54,017 nucleotides of DNA from Candidatus Moraniibacteriota bacterium (GTDB lineage: Bacteria > Patescibacteriota > Minisyncoccia > Moranbacterales > UBA1568), in assembly GCA_903854995.1 (NCBI GenBank), contig CAINXS010000067.1:1-54017 (forward strand), written 5' to 3'. A program made the translations under genes and the position numbers. Every line of letters begins with the position of its first letter. Position 1 is the stretch's first letter. Positions 18,961-28,741 of the stretch are shown here, one piece after another. The notes below the pieces were generated by a model that ran no database searches, was not told the DNA's origin, and worked only from the letters and a program-made list of their open reading frames with translations.

Positions 18961-19000
18961 GGCACCGCGCGCTTATTGCGTCGCGGTGCCGATTTTTTTT
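18961..19000 (+). terminator. intrinsic terminator
   Basis: GGCACCGCG...CGCGGTGCC stem followed by T8. Confidence 0.8.
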
Positions 19001-19165
19001 GTAGAGGCCGTGCCGAATTTTCGGCTAGAAATAGGCATGAAATGTTTTGCAGATTACCGAGCGTCGTTTTGTACACCGAAATCCGAAACGAATTCTGGCA
19101 CGGTGAATGGAACAGGTTTCCGGCGGGCAATTCGCGATTCCTACTGATGGCGGGTTGTCACATCT

Positions 19166-19642
19166 CTATTCTCCCGTCGTTTTCATCGACGGGTTTTCCG
19201 GATAGTTTTCCTTTTCCAGGGTTTCAAAAAGGAAGAGAATCTTTTCGTATTTTTCCTTGACGCGATCCATATATTCGTCATCGGGATGTTCCGGCAGGCC
19301 GACCTGTTCCGACGGACGTTCGGAGCCTTCTTGCGCGGCTTTTTCGGGAGCGGACGGGAAGACGACCGATTCGAATTCTTCGATCGCTAACTTCACTTTC
19401 TCGGACGTTCCCTCCGGGAACTTTGTCGCTTTCGCACTCACAAAGAGGTCGCGTATCCGTTTTTCGGCCTCCCCCCTGTGGCTCGGGTCGTCAACGGATG
19501 CCGCCCGTATCGCCATGACGATATGGCTGAGGCAGTGCCGGATTTTTCCCTCGTCGCCCGTCCCCCGGGCCAGCTCTTTACGGTACTCTTTGAGGGCATC
19601 CTGCACCTTCGGATTTAGAAAGTGAGGGGATTCTGTTGGCAT
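19166..19642 (-). CDS. hypothetical protein
   Basis: 158-aa charged, helical-looking ORF filling the gap. Confidence 0.6.
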   Translation of the reverse strand: MPTESPHFLNPKVQDALKEYRKELARGTGDEGKIRHCLSHIVMAIRAASVDDPSHRGEAEKRIRDLFVSAKATKFPEGTSEKVKLAIEEFESVVFPSAPEKAAQEGSERPSEQVGLPEHPDDEYMDRVKEKYEKILFLFETLEKENYPENPSMKTTGE

Positions 19643-20011
19643 AGGAGTTGCATTATGGATGCATATCCTTCATGTTCTCTCATTTTCGAGAAAAAATAAA
19701 GCCTCCGTCGCGACTTCGGATGATGATGGTCCGACGTCTCACCGATTCTGACCGTAGCCGGTCCCGAAACCTCTCCGTTTTCTCATGCGGCGTGATGATG
19801 CCGAGACGGACTGGCGAAGCGGCGTAGCGCATCGGATCGGATTATGGCGACAGGCGACGATATCGGAAAGCGAAATTCGGAACCGGCGAGCGGATTCTCA
19901 TCATCCGATCTTCGGAATGTCTCTTCCGGCATTGTGCACCATGGTCGTTTCGGGGTATACTATTTCCCATAAGCAGGATTTTCGCTGGGAAGGAATTCCC
20001 CGGTTGTCTGT

Positions 20012-21292
20012 ATGCCGAAAACGGAAAATTATCTCGGAATCGACATCGGTTCGGCGCATGTACGCGCGGTCATGGCGCAGGAAATAGCCGGCGAGGAGTC
20101 CTTGCGTGTTCTTGGCGCCGTCTCCATGCCGTCGGAAGGCATGCGTCGCGGAAGCGTCATCGACGCGTCCGCGGTCGCCGGTGCCGTCGCAAAGGCGGTG
20201 TCGCATGCGGAGCGCATGTCGGGCGTCACGTCCGATGTCGTAGGCGTAGGTATTTCCGGAACGGATATCTTCTGTCAGAAAACGCTCGGAGTCATCGCCG
20301 TCAGCCGTCCCGACGGCGAGGTCGCCGAAGAGGACGTGGAACGCGCGATGGCGGAAGTCGAGGCGCGCGTCATGCTTCCCTCGAATCGGGAAGTGTTGCA
20401 CGTCATCCCGAAAAGTTATCGGCTCGACGACCAGAAAGACATCAAGGATCCGATCGGCATGCGCGGTGTGCGGCTCGAGGCCGAGGCGTTCGTCGTCGGC
20501 ACGAGCATGAACCAGATGAAGGGCATCGGACGCATACTCGACCAGGTCGGTATCCGGCCGGATTTCCACGCCGTGGAGCCGCTTGCCGCCGCCGAAGCGG
20601 TGCTTAATCCGAAGCAGAAAGAGCTTGGTGTCGTGCTGGTCGACATCGGTGGAAGCACGACGTCGGTCACGGTGTACGAGGAGGGGGAGCTGGTTCACCT
20701 CGCGACACTGCCGGTCGGCGGAGCGCACGTCACGAACGACATCGCGATAGGACTTCGCGCGTCCATTGACACCGCGGAACAGGTGAAGCTCCAATACGGC
20801 ACGGCACTTCCGGATACCGTCGGAAAACGCGAGGAAATCGACCTTTCCAGTTTCGATTCCCATGAGACGGAATCCGTCTCGCGACATCATGTCGCCGAAA
20901 TCATCGAGGCTCGGATGGATGAACTCCTGCGTTTCGTCAATTCCGAACTCGCGAAGTGCGGGCGGGAAGGATTGCTGCCGGCGGGGGTGGTGCTTACCGG
21001 AGGCGGTGCATTGCTGCCGGGAGCCGTCGAGTTGGCGAAGGATATCCTCCGATTGCCATCGCATGTCGGATATCCGAAGCCGCTCGGAGGGATCCTCGAC
21101 CAGGTGGACAGTCCGGACTTCGCGACCGCCGTCGGGCTCGTTTTACTGGCGCGGGAGCGGAGGAAGTCCCACGGGAACATCGCGGGTATAGGGTTCCTGG
21201 CAGAGGGTGCGAAACGGGCCGTTCCGGATTGGATGCTTTCGGTCGGAAACAAAACGAAGGACTGGCTCCGGAAGTTTCTCCCGCTCGACTGA
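20012..21292 (+). CDS. ftsA: cell division protein FtsA
   Basis: GIDIGSA, DPIGMRGVRLE, LVDIGGSTT, VVLTGGGALL; precedes ftsZ. Confidence 0.97.
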   Translation: MPKTENYLGIDIGSAHVRAVMAQEIAGEESLRVLGAVSMPSEGMRRGSVIDASAVAGAVAKAVSHAERMSGVTSDVVGVGISGTDIFCQKTLGVIAVSRPDGEVAEEDVERAMAEVEARVMLPSNREVLHVIPKSYRLDDQKDIKDPIGMRGVRLEAEAFVVGTSMNQMKGIGRILDQVGIRPDFHAVEPLAAAEAVLNPKQKELGVVLVDIGGSTTSVTVYEEGELVHLATLPVGGAHVTNDIAIGLRASIDTAEQVKLQYGTALPDTVGKREEIDLSSFDSHETESVSRHHVAEIIEARMDELLRFVNSELAKCGREGLLPAGVVLTGGGALLPGAVELAKDILRLPSHVGYPKPLGGILDQVDSPDFATAVGLVLLARERRKSHGNIAGIGFLAEGAKRAVPDWMLSVGNKTKDWLRKFLPLD

Positions 21293-21332
21293 AAACAGAC
21301 AGAAAAATGCGACAAAAACGGAAAAAATCCGC

Positions 21333-21362
21333 TTGACACACGCTTTTTCCGCGTGCTAAAGT
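21333..21362 (+). promoter_or_regulatory. ftsZ promoter
   Basis: TTGACA-18-TAAAGT with TGn extension. Confidence 0.6.
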
Positions 21363-21423
21363 AGGACTTCGAAAACAAAAGCCGGGTGAAACCTTTCGAT
21401 TATCCTTTTAGCACCCCTTCCGT

Positions 21424-22689
21424 ATGGCTGAAATCAAACCCGACATCGAAACATTCGCCAAGATTAAAGTCGTTGGCGTCGGTGGGGCCGGCGGCAATGC
21501 CGTCTCCAGGATGATCGACTCCAAGATTAAGGGAGTCGAGTTCGTGGTAATCAATACCGATGCGCAGGCACTTCATAATTCGAAGGCGGCCGAGAAGGTG
21601 CATATCGGAAAGAACCTGACGAAAGGACTCGGGGCGGGAATGAATCCGGAAATCGGCCGGCAGGCCGCGGAGGAGAACCGCGACGAGATACAGGAAGTGC
21701 TCAAGGGTGCGGACATGGTGTTCGTCGCGTGCGGACTCGGAGGCGGGACCGGTTCCGGGGCGGCGCCGATCGTCGCTGAGACGGCGAAGGAACTCGGCGC
21801 GCTGACCATCGGAATCGTGACGAAGCCGTTCACCTTCGAAGGTGCGCAGCGTCGGGCGATAGGTGAGGAGGCCCTCTCGAACCTTCGTGACCGCGTCGAT
21901 TCGCTCATCACCATCCCGAATGACAAGCTGCTTTCCATCATCGACAAGAAGACCTCGCTCATCAACGCGTTCCGCATCGTCGATGACGTGCTCCGCCAGG
22001 GTGTTCAGGGCATCTCGGACCTCATCACGAAGCCGGGTATCGTGAACGTCGATTTCGCGGACGTACGCACCATCATGGAGGACAGCGGCAGCGCTCTCAT
22101 GGGTATCGGTATCGCCTCCGGAGAAAACCGTGCCGAGGAGGCGGCGCGTGCGGCCATCAACAGCCCGTTGCTCGAGCTTTCCATCGACGGGGCGAAGGGA
22201 GTCCTCATAAATATTTCCGGTTCCGCGGATCTCGGCATGCTCGAGATCAACGAGGCGGCGAACATCATTACCGAAAGCATCGATCCGAACGCGAAGGTCA
22301 TCTTCGGGGCCGTCGTCGACGATCAGGTCCACAAGGGAGACATCCAGATTACGGTGGTCGCGACCGGATTCGACGCGGGCCGCGTACGCGAACGCAACCC
22401 GGTCGGTTTCATCTCCCGGGCGGCCTCCGCTCCCGCTCCCGCAGTCGCGGCGCCCTCGCGATCCGTCGTCGAGCCGGAACCGGCGAAGTCTGCCGAGCAG
22501 GAAGAAGAGGATATCTTTTCGCGGAGTGCCTTCGAAAGCACCCGGCGCATGGTTGAAAAGCCGGCGATGATCATCGAGGAGAAGATTCAGCCGACTCAGG
22601 CTCCGCTTCGTTCCGAGACGAAAGAGTTTGCCGAGGAGGGAGACGACCTTGAGATACCGGCCTTCATACGTCGTAAGATGAAGAAATAA
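21424..22689 (+). CDS. ftsZ: cell division protein FtsZ
   Basis: GVGGAGGNAV, GGGTGSG, NVDFADV, C-terminal LEIPAFIRR. Confidence 0.99.
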   Translation: MAEIKPDIETFAKIKVVGVGGAGGNAVSRMIDSKIKGVEFVVINTDAQALHNSKAAEKVHIGKNLTKGLGAGMNPEIGRQAAEENRDEIQEVLKGADMVFVACGLGGGTGSGAAPIVAETAKELGALTIGIVTKPFTFEGAQRRAIGEEALSNLRDRVDSLITIPNDKLLSIIDKKTSLINAFRIVDDVLRQGVQGISDLITKPGIVNVDFADVRTIMEDSGSALMGIGIASGENRAEEAARAAINSPLLELSIDGAKGVLINISGSADLGMLEINEAANIITESIDPNAKVIFGAVVDDQVHKGDIQITVVATGFDAGRVRERNPVGFISRAASAPAPAVAAPSRSVVEPEPAKSAEQEEEDIFSRSAFESTRRMVEKPAMIIEEKIQPTQAPLRSETKEFAEEGDDLEIPAFIRRKMKK

Positions 22690-22710
22690 TCCCGGACGTT
22701 CCATCGTACT

Positions 22711-22746
22711 GAAAGGAGGGTGCCGGGCGCCCTCCTTTCCTTTTTT
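22711..22746 (+). terminator. intrinsic terminator after ftsZ
   Basis: GAAAGGAGGGTGC/GCGCCCTCCTTTC stem followed by T run. Confidence 0.75.
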
Positions 22747-22797
22747 GCGGGATGTGGTAGATTGTTCTCGAGAGGGGTTTTTTGATGCCTGAATCGT

Positions 22798-23244
22798 ATG
22801 AGGTGCCCGTTCTGCGGCCATGATGAGACCAAGGTCGTCGATTCGCGCGAGACGAAGGAAGGACGCGCGATACGGCGGAGGCGCGAGTGCGAAAAGTGCT
22901 CGGGCCGGTTCAGCACGTACGAGGAGGCGGAAACGATGGGTATATCCGTCGTGAAAAAGGACGGTCGCAAGGAGGAATACGATCGCAAGAAGATCGAGGT
23001 CGGGCTCAGGCGCGCGCTCGAGAAGCGGCCGGGGAACGAGGAGAAGGCTGAGAAAATTCTCGAGGAAATCGAATACGAGCTGCATGCGAGGCGCGAGCCC
23101 GAGGTCTCCAGCAAGGAAATCGGTAACATGGTGCTCGAAAAGCTCCGAGCCGTGGATGAGGTCGCCTATCTCCGGTTCGTGAGCGTATACAAATCCTTCG
23201 GTTCCGTGAAAAGCTTCAAGAAGGCGATCGAGAACCTCGAGTAA
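22798..23244 (+). CDS. nrdR: transcriptional repressor NrdR
   Basis: MRCPFC..TKVVDSR, RRRRECEKC, ATP-cone, VAYLRFVSVY. Confidence 0.98.
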   Translation: MRCPFCGHDETKVVDSRETKEGRAIRRRRECEKCSGRFSTYEEAETMGISVVKKDGRKEEYDRKKIEVGLRRALEKRPGNEEKAEKILEEIEYELHARREPEVSSKEIGNMVLEKLRAVDEVAYLRFVSVYKSFGSVKSFKKAIENLE

Positions 23245-23257
23245 CGTGATTGTTCCC

Positions 23258-23282
23258 AAACCCCGGATCAGCCGGGGTTTTT
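23258..23282 (+). terminator. intrinsic terminator after nrdR
   Basis: AAACCCCGG-ATCAG-CCGGGGTTTTT. Confidence 0.7.
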
Positions 23283-23340
23283 GTTATTCGGAAAAAGAGA
23301 AAATGCCGTGTCGTCCGGAATTCGCGATCCGATTCCTCCT

Positions 23341-24918
23341 ATGTCGGATGTGACATCCCTGTTGCGTCGTTCTTTCCCGGCGGTGATTCCGGGTGTTTTT
23401 ATCGGGTCGCTGTTTCCCTCGTGGTCGCCGGTCGTTCCATTGCTCGCAGTCGCGACTGGTGTGGCGATCGTCATGGTATGGCCTCGACGGAAAGGAGTGC
23501 TCATCTGTTCATGTCTTTTCGCCTGTTCCCTCGGTATCTTCCTGTCTGGGGAACGGGAAGCGGCGTGGGACAAGTCTCGCCCTTCGGGACGCGTGAACGG
23601 AACGGCCACGATCGTGAGAAATCCGGAGTCCGACGACAACGGGCGGGCAGCGGTGTTCCGATTCGATTCATGTTCTGACGGCCCGGTTTGTCCTCGGGAG
23701 CTTGTCATGGGAACGTTTCCGATACGGTCCGGCGTCCTTTACGGGGATACCGGGAGTCTGACGTGCGCGCTGGAGACTCCGGATGAGGAATGGCGCATGT
23801 ATTACGCGAAAGACGGGATCGCATACAGGTGTCGGATCTCGTCGTGGGAAAAGACGGGATCACGTTATGTCGTGCGTCGGGCGCTTTTCGGATTTTCCGG
23901 GGCGTTTCAGGAGGCGCTCTCGCAGGCGCTCACCGAGCCGGAGGCCGGACTCGCCGCCGGATTGCTCATCGGGGGAAGCAAGCAGCTTCCGGATTCGGTC
24001 GTCGCGGATTTCCGGTCCGCCGGGCTTTCTCATATCGTCGCCGTTTCCGGATACAACATTTCCATCATTGCCGCGTGTTTCCTGCTTCTCGGAGTCGTGT
24101 GTCTCCTGCCTCGACCGAAAGCTGCCGTCTTCTCGCTTTTCGCGACGGCCGCGTTCGTGATCATTTCCGGGGCCCCGGCGTCCGCAGTCCGAGCGTTCGG
24201 GATGTCGTCCGTCCTGGTTTCGGCCGGGTGGTTCGGCCGGCGGTATGCGTCGGTTCAGGCGATCGTCCTCGTCGCCTCCCTCATGCTTCTGTGGAATCCG
24301 CTTCTGCTTCGTCATGATATCGGTTTCCTTTTGTCGTTCGCCGCGACGGTCGGTATCGCACTCACGTCGCCGCTTATCGGTCGGGTTGTCAAACGTGTTT
24401 CGTTCGGCGGATTCTTCGTCGAGGCCGCCCTGCTTACGTTCTCCGCGAACCTGTTCGTCATGCCGGTCATTTTCGCGAACTTCGGAACGTTTTCTCCCGT
24501 TTCCTTCCTGGCGAACGCCGTCATCCTGCCGCTCGTGCCGTATGCGATGCTGCTCTCGGCCATTACCGGGGCCGCCGGCCTGGCGTCGCCGTTTCTGGGA
24601 AACCTGTTCGCATTCCCGGCATACGCGACAATACGACCGATCATCCTCGGTACGGAATATATGGCCGTCCTTTCGAGAAGGGTGATGATCCGCGCGGAAT
24701 TCGGGTGGGCGTCGTCGTTCGTCTGGTATCTGTCGCTTTGGGTGGCGCTTCGATTCTCTTATCTTGCGATGAGGTATCGCGGAGGGTATCCTGGAGCAGG
24801 GCCGTCCTTTTCAGGTATGCTTGCGTTCCTGAAGACGGAATCGTTGTCGTCGATCTCGCGTTTCGTGAAAGCGGAATCGAAGGCGACTGATCCAGACGGA
24901 TCGTCGGGTACGGAGTGA
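23341..24918 (+). CDS. comEC: ComEC/Rec2 competence membrane channel
   Basis: GLSHIVAVSGYNI, ASAVRA, DIGFLLSFAAT; many TM helices. Confidence 0.93.
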   Translation: MSDVTSLLRRSFPAVIPGVFIGSLFPSWSPVVPLLAVATGVAIVMVWPRRKGVLICSCLFACSLGIFLSGEREAAWDKSRPSGRVNGTATIVRNPESDDNGRAAVFRFDSCSDGPVCPRELVMGTFPIRSGVLYGDTGSLTCALETPDEEWRMYYAKDGIAYRCRISSWEKTGSRYVVRRALFGFSGAFQEALSQALTEPEAGLAAGLLIGGSKQLPDSVVADFRSAGLSHIVAVSGYNISIIAACFLLLGVVCLLPRPKAAVFSLFATAAFVIISGAPASAVRAFGMSSVLVSAGWFGRRYASVQAIVLVASLMLLWNPLLLRHDIGFLLSFAATVGIALTSPLIGRVVKRVSFGGFFVEAALLTFSANLFVMPVIFANFGTFSPVSFLANAVILPLVPYAMLLSAITGAAGLASPFLGNLFAFPAYATIRPIILGTEYMAVLSRRVMIRAEFGWASSFVWYLSLWVALRFSYLAMRYRGGYPGAGPSFSGMLAFLKTESLSSISRFVKAESKATDPDGSSGTE

Positions 24919-24937
24919 TCGTACTTTTCGCACATGT

Positions 24938-25798
24938 ATGGGCAAGCTTTTCTTTCGATTCCTGTTCATCATCCTCATCCTTTCCGCGTTCGTCGGCGGA
25001 GTGTTCTCCCTTTGGGCGTGGCAAAATGCCCGGGAGACCAGGGTCGTCTTTCTCGACGTGGAGCAAGGGGACGCGGTTCTCATCTCACAGGGTGGGAATC
25101 AGATACTGATCGATGGCGGCCGGAGCGGCAAACTCCTTCTTTCCCGGTTATCGAGATATGTCCCGTTCTGGGATCGGACCATCGAGACGGTCGTCATGAC
25201 ACATCCCGATGCGGACCATATCGGCGGACTGCCGGATCTGATCGGAAACTATCGGGTACGTGAGTTCGTGTCGACCGGAGCCGTCTCGTCTTCGGAAATA
25301 TTCAAGCTGCTTCAGGACAGGCTGAATGCCGGTTCGGACCTTCCGGAACGGGTCGACGCGAAAGAGGGACTCTCCCTTTCGTTACCCGAAGGCGGCGTGC
25401 TGCGCGTGCTGTATCCGCGTGGCGATCTTTCGGATGCGACCGAATCGAACGAGGGGAGCGTAGTCTCGCGGTTTTCATACGGAGAGACGGATTTCCTCTC
25501 GGCCGGAGATCTTCCGAGGGAGGAGTCGTTCCTTCCGAACGTTCCCGAGACCGAAATTCTCAAACTGTCCCATCATGGTTCGAAATATTCTTCAAGTGAG
25601 AAATTTCTCTCCCTGGTCAGACCGAAGGAAGCGGTTATTTCGGTCGGAAAAAATTCCTACGGCCATCCGTCGCCGGAAGTCATTTCCAGGGTCTCGTCGG
25701 TTGGAGCGTCGATCCGCCGGACCGATATGTCCGGTGATATTTCTTATCGTTGCTCGACGGCGCTTAAAGGATGTGTCTTTTCCGGTTCGACGAGGTGA
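24938..25798 (+). CDS. ComEC-associated metallo-beta-lactamase-fold nuclease
   Basis: FLDVEQGDA, THPDADHIGG, LKLSHHGS, NSYGHP. Confidence 0.93.
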   Translation: MGKLFFRFLFIILILSAFVGGVFSLWAWQNARETRVVFLDVEQGDAVLISQGGNQILIDGGRSGKLLLSRLSRYVPFWDRTIETVVMTHPDADHIGGLPDLIGNYRVREFVSTGAVSSSEIFKLLQDRLNAGSDLPERVDAKEGLSLSLPEGGVLRVLYPRGDLSDATESNEGSVVSRFSYGETDFLSAGDLPREESFLPNVPETEILKLSHHGSKYSSSEKFLSLVRPKEAVISVGKNSYGHPSPEVISRVSSVGASIRRTDMSGDISYRCSTALKGCVFSGSTR

Positions 25799-25860
25799 TT
25801 TATTGCCTTGAATCGGCTTTCATGATATCAATGGAAGGAATGTATCCTTATCACGACGTT

Positions 25861-26475
25861 ATGGAGAATACACATCCGAAGAAAGAACGGACGCTGGTCA
25901 TTATCAAGCCGGACGGCGTCCAGCGGTCGCTCATCGGTGAGATCGTCCGCCGGTATGAGCGGACCGGACTCAAGCTTGTGGCCACGAAGATGCTCATACC
26001 GACTTCGGAGATGGCAACCGAGCATTATATGGTTGGCGGCGAGGAATGGCTTGAGGCCGTCGGAGAAAAAGCCGCGGCGGCGTATGCGAAGAAAGGTCAG
26101 AAATCACCCTTCTCCACGTACCGTGAGAACGGACTTGCGATTCTGAAGGCGAACGCGACGTATCTTTCCGCCGGACCGGTCGTTGCCATGGTCTGGGAGG
26201 GGAACGGTGCTATCGGGGTCGTACGCAAGATTACCGGATCGACCGAGCCGATGTCGAGTGACGTAGGAACTATCAGAGGGGACTTCACCGTTGATTCGTA
26301 TCAGATTTCCGACGTCGACAGCAGGTCGATCCGGAACCTTATCCATGCGTCCGGCAATGCCGAGGAGGCGGAGAAGGAAATCCCGATCTGGTTCAAGGAG
26401 AACGAGCTTCTGAATTATCGGCACCTGAACGAGGCAATCCTGTATGACGTAAACCTGGACGGCATACTGGAATAG
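25861..26475 (+). CDS. ndk: nucleoside-diphosphate kinase
   Basis: ERTLVIIKPDGVQR, GPVVAMVWEG, GTIRGDF, NLIHAS. Confidence 0.97.
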   Translation: MENTHPKKERTLVIIKPDGVQRSLIGEIVRRYERTGLKLVATKMLIPTSEMATEHYMVGGEEWLEAVGEKAAAAYAKKGQKSPFSTYRENGLAILKANATYLSAGPVVAMVWEGNGAIGVVRKITGSTEPMSSDVGTIRGDFTVDSYQISDVDSRSIRNLIHASGNAEEAEKEIPIWFKENELLNYRHLNEAILYDVNLDGILE

Positions 26476-26670
26476 TCCAAGTCACAAGTCTGAAAGTCGA
26501 AAGTCAAAGAAAGGAGTCATTTTGTTAACGGGTTCACGAGTTACGAAGAAACAGAAGAATAAGTCGAAAGCATGTCTTGTAATCGCATCCCGCGATTATA
26601 CGGGGCGGGGGAGAGGATGATTCGCCCTGCATGCGCAGGGCTTCGTCCCGTGCCGTACGGCACGGGACTC

Positions 26671-26841
26671 CGGGCCGTCGTATAGTGGTAGTACGCGTCC
26701 ATGGGGGTGAAACATGAATGATTTCATGTTCACGGGCGTTTCCACTCCGAGGTTTCCGAGGCAAGAAATGAAACGTTCTGGAGCATGTGGTCCGGGTTCG
26801 TCCGGCATTCGCCGGACGCCCCGCGTATGCGGGGCGATTCC
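26671..26841 (+). pseudogene. interrupted or degenerate tRNA-Pro(GGG) copy
   Basis: 26671-26706 matches the 5' half of the intact tRNA at 32/36; 26783-26800 matches at 16/18; ATTCC at 26837; pieces separated by inserts, two of them clear hairpins. Confidence 0.65.
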
Positions 26842-26855
26842 AAGCAGACAGTGAA

Positions 26856-26926
26856 CGGGCTGTAGTATAGTGGTAGTACGCATGCATGGGGTGCATGTAG
26901 TTCGGGTTCGATTCCCGACAGCCCGA
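26856..26926 (+). tRNA. tRNA-Pro(GGG), CCA not encoded
   Basis: Acceptor CGGGCTG/CAGCCCG, anticodon stem CATGC/GCATG with loop ATGGGGT, T arm TCGGG-TTCGATT-CCCGA. Confidence 0.95.
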
Positions 26927-26932
26927 CAGAAG

Positions 26933-26963
26933 AAACGGGCCCGGCGGTAGCCGGGGCCGTTTT
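26933..26963 (+). terminator. terminator after tRNA-Pro
   Basis: AAACGGGCCCGGC/GCCGGGGCCGTTTT hairpin. Confidence 0.65.
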
Positions 26964-27022
26964 CGTATTCCGCTTCCGTCCGCGCCCGCTTCGCGGTATA
27001 CTGATACTGAAAATACATCTTC

Positions 27023-28741
27023 ATGGATATCATCACGTTCTCCATAAACGGACGCAAGGTCTCGGTCGAGAAAGGAGTCACCATTCTCGAAGCCGCGAAA
27101 AAGGCGGGTATTACGATCCCTACGCTCTGTAACCATCCGGACCTGCCACCGTCGGGAACGTGCGGCATGTGTTCGGTATCCGTCGCGGGTCGTGAAGGAA
27201 CGGTGCGCTCGTGTGCGACGATGGTCGAGGAGGGGATGGAAGTAACGACCGACACCCCGGAGCTCACGCGAGAGCGGAAGGGGAATCTCGAGACGCTTCT
27301 CGGGCATCATGTGCTCGAATGCGACGACTGTGTTTTTCTTCAGAAGTGCCATCTGCTCGAACTCGTCCGGGAGTATGGGGCGAAGCCGACCGGAAAAAAG
27401 CGGGAAACCGATCGTGTGCTCCGCTCGGGGACGATCGTGTTCGATCAGACCAAATGTATCGGGTGCGGAAACTGCACGAAGGTCTGCCCGACGGGGTATC
27501 TCTCGATAGACCCTTCCACCGGGAAGCTGAAGCTGTCCGATGATCCGGACGTGGAGTGTATCAACTGCGGACAGTGCATCACGCATTGTCCGGTTGGTGC
27601 CATCGAGGGAGTCGGGGAATTCGAGGAGCTCGAACGGATCTTCGATGATGCGGGCAAAATCGTCGTCGTGCAGTTCGCACCGTCGATCCGGACGAGTATC
27701 GGCGAGGAGTTCGGCATGGAAGCCGGATCGGTCGCCACGGGACAACTGGTCGCCGCGCTCCGGAAGGTCGGTTTCAGATACGTGTTCGATACCGCGGCGG
27801 GGGCTGACTTTACGACGATGGAAGAGGCGGCGGAAGTCGTGGGGCGGATCCGCGCAGGCGGTCCGCTTCCGGCAATGACGTCGTGCTGCCCGTCGTGGGT
27901 GAAGTTCGTCGAGTTCTATTATCCCGAATTCATTCCGAACCTCGCGTCGTCGCGTTCCCCGCAGATCATGCTCGGCGGTATCGTGAAGGAATACTGGAGT
28001 CGCGAAACGGGGATCCGTCCCGAGGATATCGAGATGGTCTCGATCATGCCGTGCGTCGCCAAGAAGGCGGAAGTGAAACGCGACGAGCTGAAGATCGACG
28101 GACGGTTTCCGGTCGATCGGGTGCTGACTACGCGCGAGCTCGCCCGGCTCTTCCGCAAACGCGGTATCGATCTTTCGAAACTCGAGCCGGAAGCCGCGGA
28201 CGATCCGTTCGGTGTGCCGTCGGGTGCCGGCGTGATTTACGGATCTTCGGGCGGCGTGTTCGAATCCGCGTTCCGTACTGCCTATTACCTGATGACCAAA
28301 GAGGAGCTTCCCGAGGACGCGATGCAGGAAATCCGCGGTATCGACGGGCGAAAGGAGAAGACGGTGACCATCGGCGAGACGACGATCCGGATCTGCGTGG
28401 TGAGCGGGCTCGATAACGCGCGGAGGGTGCTCGAGGAGCTCAAGGAAGATCCGCATAAGTATGACGCGCTCGAGGTGATGACCTGTCCCGGCGGATGCAT
28501 CGGCGGCGGCGGGCAGCCTATCCCTACCTCGGCCGAAATCGTGAAGAAACGTTCCGCAGGGCTGTATTCGATCGACAAGAAAGGGTCGCTCCGCGTCGCG
28601 CATCGGAGCAAACCGGTGCAGGCCGTCTATCGCGAGTACTTCAATACCGAAGCCACGAGAAAGAAGGTCCTCCATACGAGGTATGTGGGTCGGAAAAAAA
28701 CCGAAGTCGAATCATTAAGGGATTCAAAACAATATGAATAA
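27023..28741 (+). CDS. hydA: [FeFe]-hydrogenase, group A, with 2Fe-2S, His-ligated 4Fe-4S and 2x4Fe-4S domains
   Basis: H-cluster motifs TSCCPSW, MPCVAKKAE, EVMTCPGGCIGGGGQP; HVLECDDC.....C; CIGCGNC..VCP; CINCGQC..HCP. Confidence 0.95.
   Translation: MDIITFSINGRKVSVEKGVTILEAAKKAGITIPTLCNHPDLPPSGTCGMCSVSVAGREGTVRSCATMVEEGMEVTTDTPELTRERKGNLETLLGHHVLECDDCVFLQKCHLLELVREYGAKPTGKKRETDRVLRSGTIVFDQTKCIGCGNCTKVCPTGYLSIDPSTGKLKLSDDPDVECINCGQCITHCPVGAIEGVGEFEELERIFDDAGKIVVVQFAPSIRTSIGEEFGMEAGSVATGQLVAALRKVGFRYVFDTAAGADFTTMEEAAEVVGRIRAGGPLPAMTSCCPSWVKFVEFYYPEFIPNLASSRSPQIMLGGIVKEYWSRETGIRPEDIEMVSIMPCVAKKAEVKRDELKIDGRFPVDRVLTTRELARLFRKRGIDLSKLEPEAADDPFGVPSGAGVIYGSSGGVFESAFRTAYYLMTKEELPEDAMQEIRGIDGRKEKTVTIGETTIRICVVSGLDNARRVLEELKEDPHKYDALEVMTCPGGCIGGGGQPIPTSAEIVKKRSAGLYSIDKKGSLRVAHRSKPVQAVYREYFNTEATRKKVLHTRYVGRKKTEVESLRDSKQYE

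Noticed and set aside
18700-19000. tmRNA gene
   Set aside because: Tag-like peptide end, but no tRNA-like GGGG.../T-arm-CCA ends found by eye; the ORF has its own SD and ATG
22711-22720. Strong SD-like GAAAGGAGGG upstream of nrdR
   Set aside because: Lies about 80 nt from the start and forms the stem of the ftsZ terminator
23341-25798. comEC split as a frameshift or pseudogene
   Set aside because: Both ORFs are complete with their own starts; separate channel and MBL genes are a common arrangement
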